24,935 bases of DNA from a virus. Lineage: Duplodnaviria; Caudoviricetes. Below the pieces are notes generated by a model. It saw only the letters and a list, made by a program, of their open reading frames with translations, searched no databases and was not told the DNA's origin. A program made the position numbers and the translations under genes. Shown one piece after another: positions 24,536 to 24,935 of the stretch. Position 1 is the stretch's first letter. The number at the start of each line of letters is the position of its first letter. Where the stretch lies: positions 1-24,935 of the IMG/VR virus record IMGVR_UViG_3300029183_000045, one strand, 5' to 3'.

Positions 24536-24727
24536 CTAAGTTATGTTGTGAATTGTATTAGAATCCTCTGGAATGTCAAAATGCTTTTCCTTTACAATCG
24601 CCCACTGAGGATTGCAAATAACGACAACATCTGCTGCATCTTTAGATTCGAGGCTTATCACAATTGGCCCCAATCGCCAAAACTCGCCTTTCTTCAGCCT
24701 GATTTTTTTTTCTCTTGCATCCTGCAT
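24536..24727 (-). CDS. Small hypothetical protein, weakly CsrA-like (~63 aa)
   Basis: KIRLKKGEFWRLGPIVISLE...VVVICNPQWAIVKE echoes the CsrA strand pattern; start uncertain (24727 or 24748). Confidence 0.35.
   Translation of the reverse strand: MQDAREKKIRLKKGEFWRLGPIVISLESKDAADVVVICNPQWAIVKEKHFDIPEDSNTIHNIT
24552..24579 (-). promoter_or_regulatory. sigma70-like promoter TTGACA-N16-TACAAT
   Basis: Perfect -35 (24574-24579) and 5/6 -10 (24552-24557), about 110 nt upstream of the first gene. Confidence 0.75.
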
Positions 24728-24759
24728 TCGAAGAATCCATAAAATCAATCGCCACAGAA

Positions 24760-24809
24760 AAATAATGTGCGCACATTATTTCAGTGCGCAACTGAATAAA
24801 TTGTTCAGT
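24760..24809. repeat. Cluster of overlapping inverted repeats
   Basis: Perfect 22-bp palindrome AAATAATGTGCGCACATTATTT (24760-24781); TTCAGT-N5-ACTGAA (24780-24796); ACTGAA-N7-TTCAGT (24791-24809). Confidence 0.8.
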
Positions 24810-24933
24810 CGGCAATCGGGTCGTCACATCCAGTTGACGACACGTTGTTTTCCGGCTTCGCCTTTGCCCTATTGATTTCATCAATTGCATCGAGCAATCC
24901 TTCGGCTAACCGATGTTGATATGTTCCGTCTTG
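24805..24933 (-). CDS. 3' end of an upstream gene (partial)
   Basis: Frame open from the window edge: QDGTYQHRLAEGLLDAIDEINRAKAKPENNVSSTGCDDPIAD*. Confidence 0.35.
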   Translation of the reverse strand, partial: QDGTYQHRLAEGLLDAIDEINRAKAKPENNVSSTGCDDPIAD

Positions 24934-24935
24934 GT

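Noticed and set aside
293-24875. Numerous plus-strand ORFs of 60-213 aa
   Set aside because: They lie antisense to well-supported, tightly packed minus-strand genes and show no recognisable motifs; treated as shadow ORFs

Overview
The window is the late-gene half of an HK97-like siphovirus or prophage, with every credible gene on the minus strand. Reading 24.4 kb to 0, it holds: (i) a ~9 kb translationally coupled accessory/'lysis-position' block (15.6-24.4 kb) with lectin-like and beta-helix proteins, two holin-like proteins, an S8 subtilisin, an S1 trypsin-like protease, three signal-peptide proteins of unknown function, a GH-like TIM-barrel protein, and an ethylene-receptor-like (Cu-binding CxxxH) membrane sensor fused to PAS with no output domain; (ii) HNH-terS-terL-portal-S49 protease; (iii) capsid, decoration and neck genes; (iv) tail tube, frameshifted G/GT chaperones, a short 407-aa tape measure and three unassigned tail-tip genes. 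No recognisable endolysin, integrase, tRNA or CRISPR array was seen. Two sigma70-like promoters (24.55 kb, 9.63 kb) each feed a short leader ending in an intrinsic terminator just before the first gene, and the leaders share an AGACTGC motif, suggesting antitermination control. The host is probably a planctomycete (inference from protein style only). The best novelty candidate is a protease-based, possibly ligand-sensing envelope-disruption module in place of a classical endolysin cassette. All family calls come from motif recognition by eye, without database searches.
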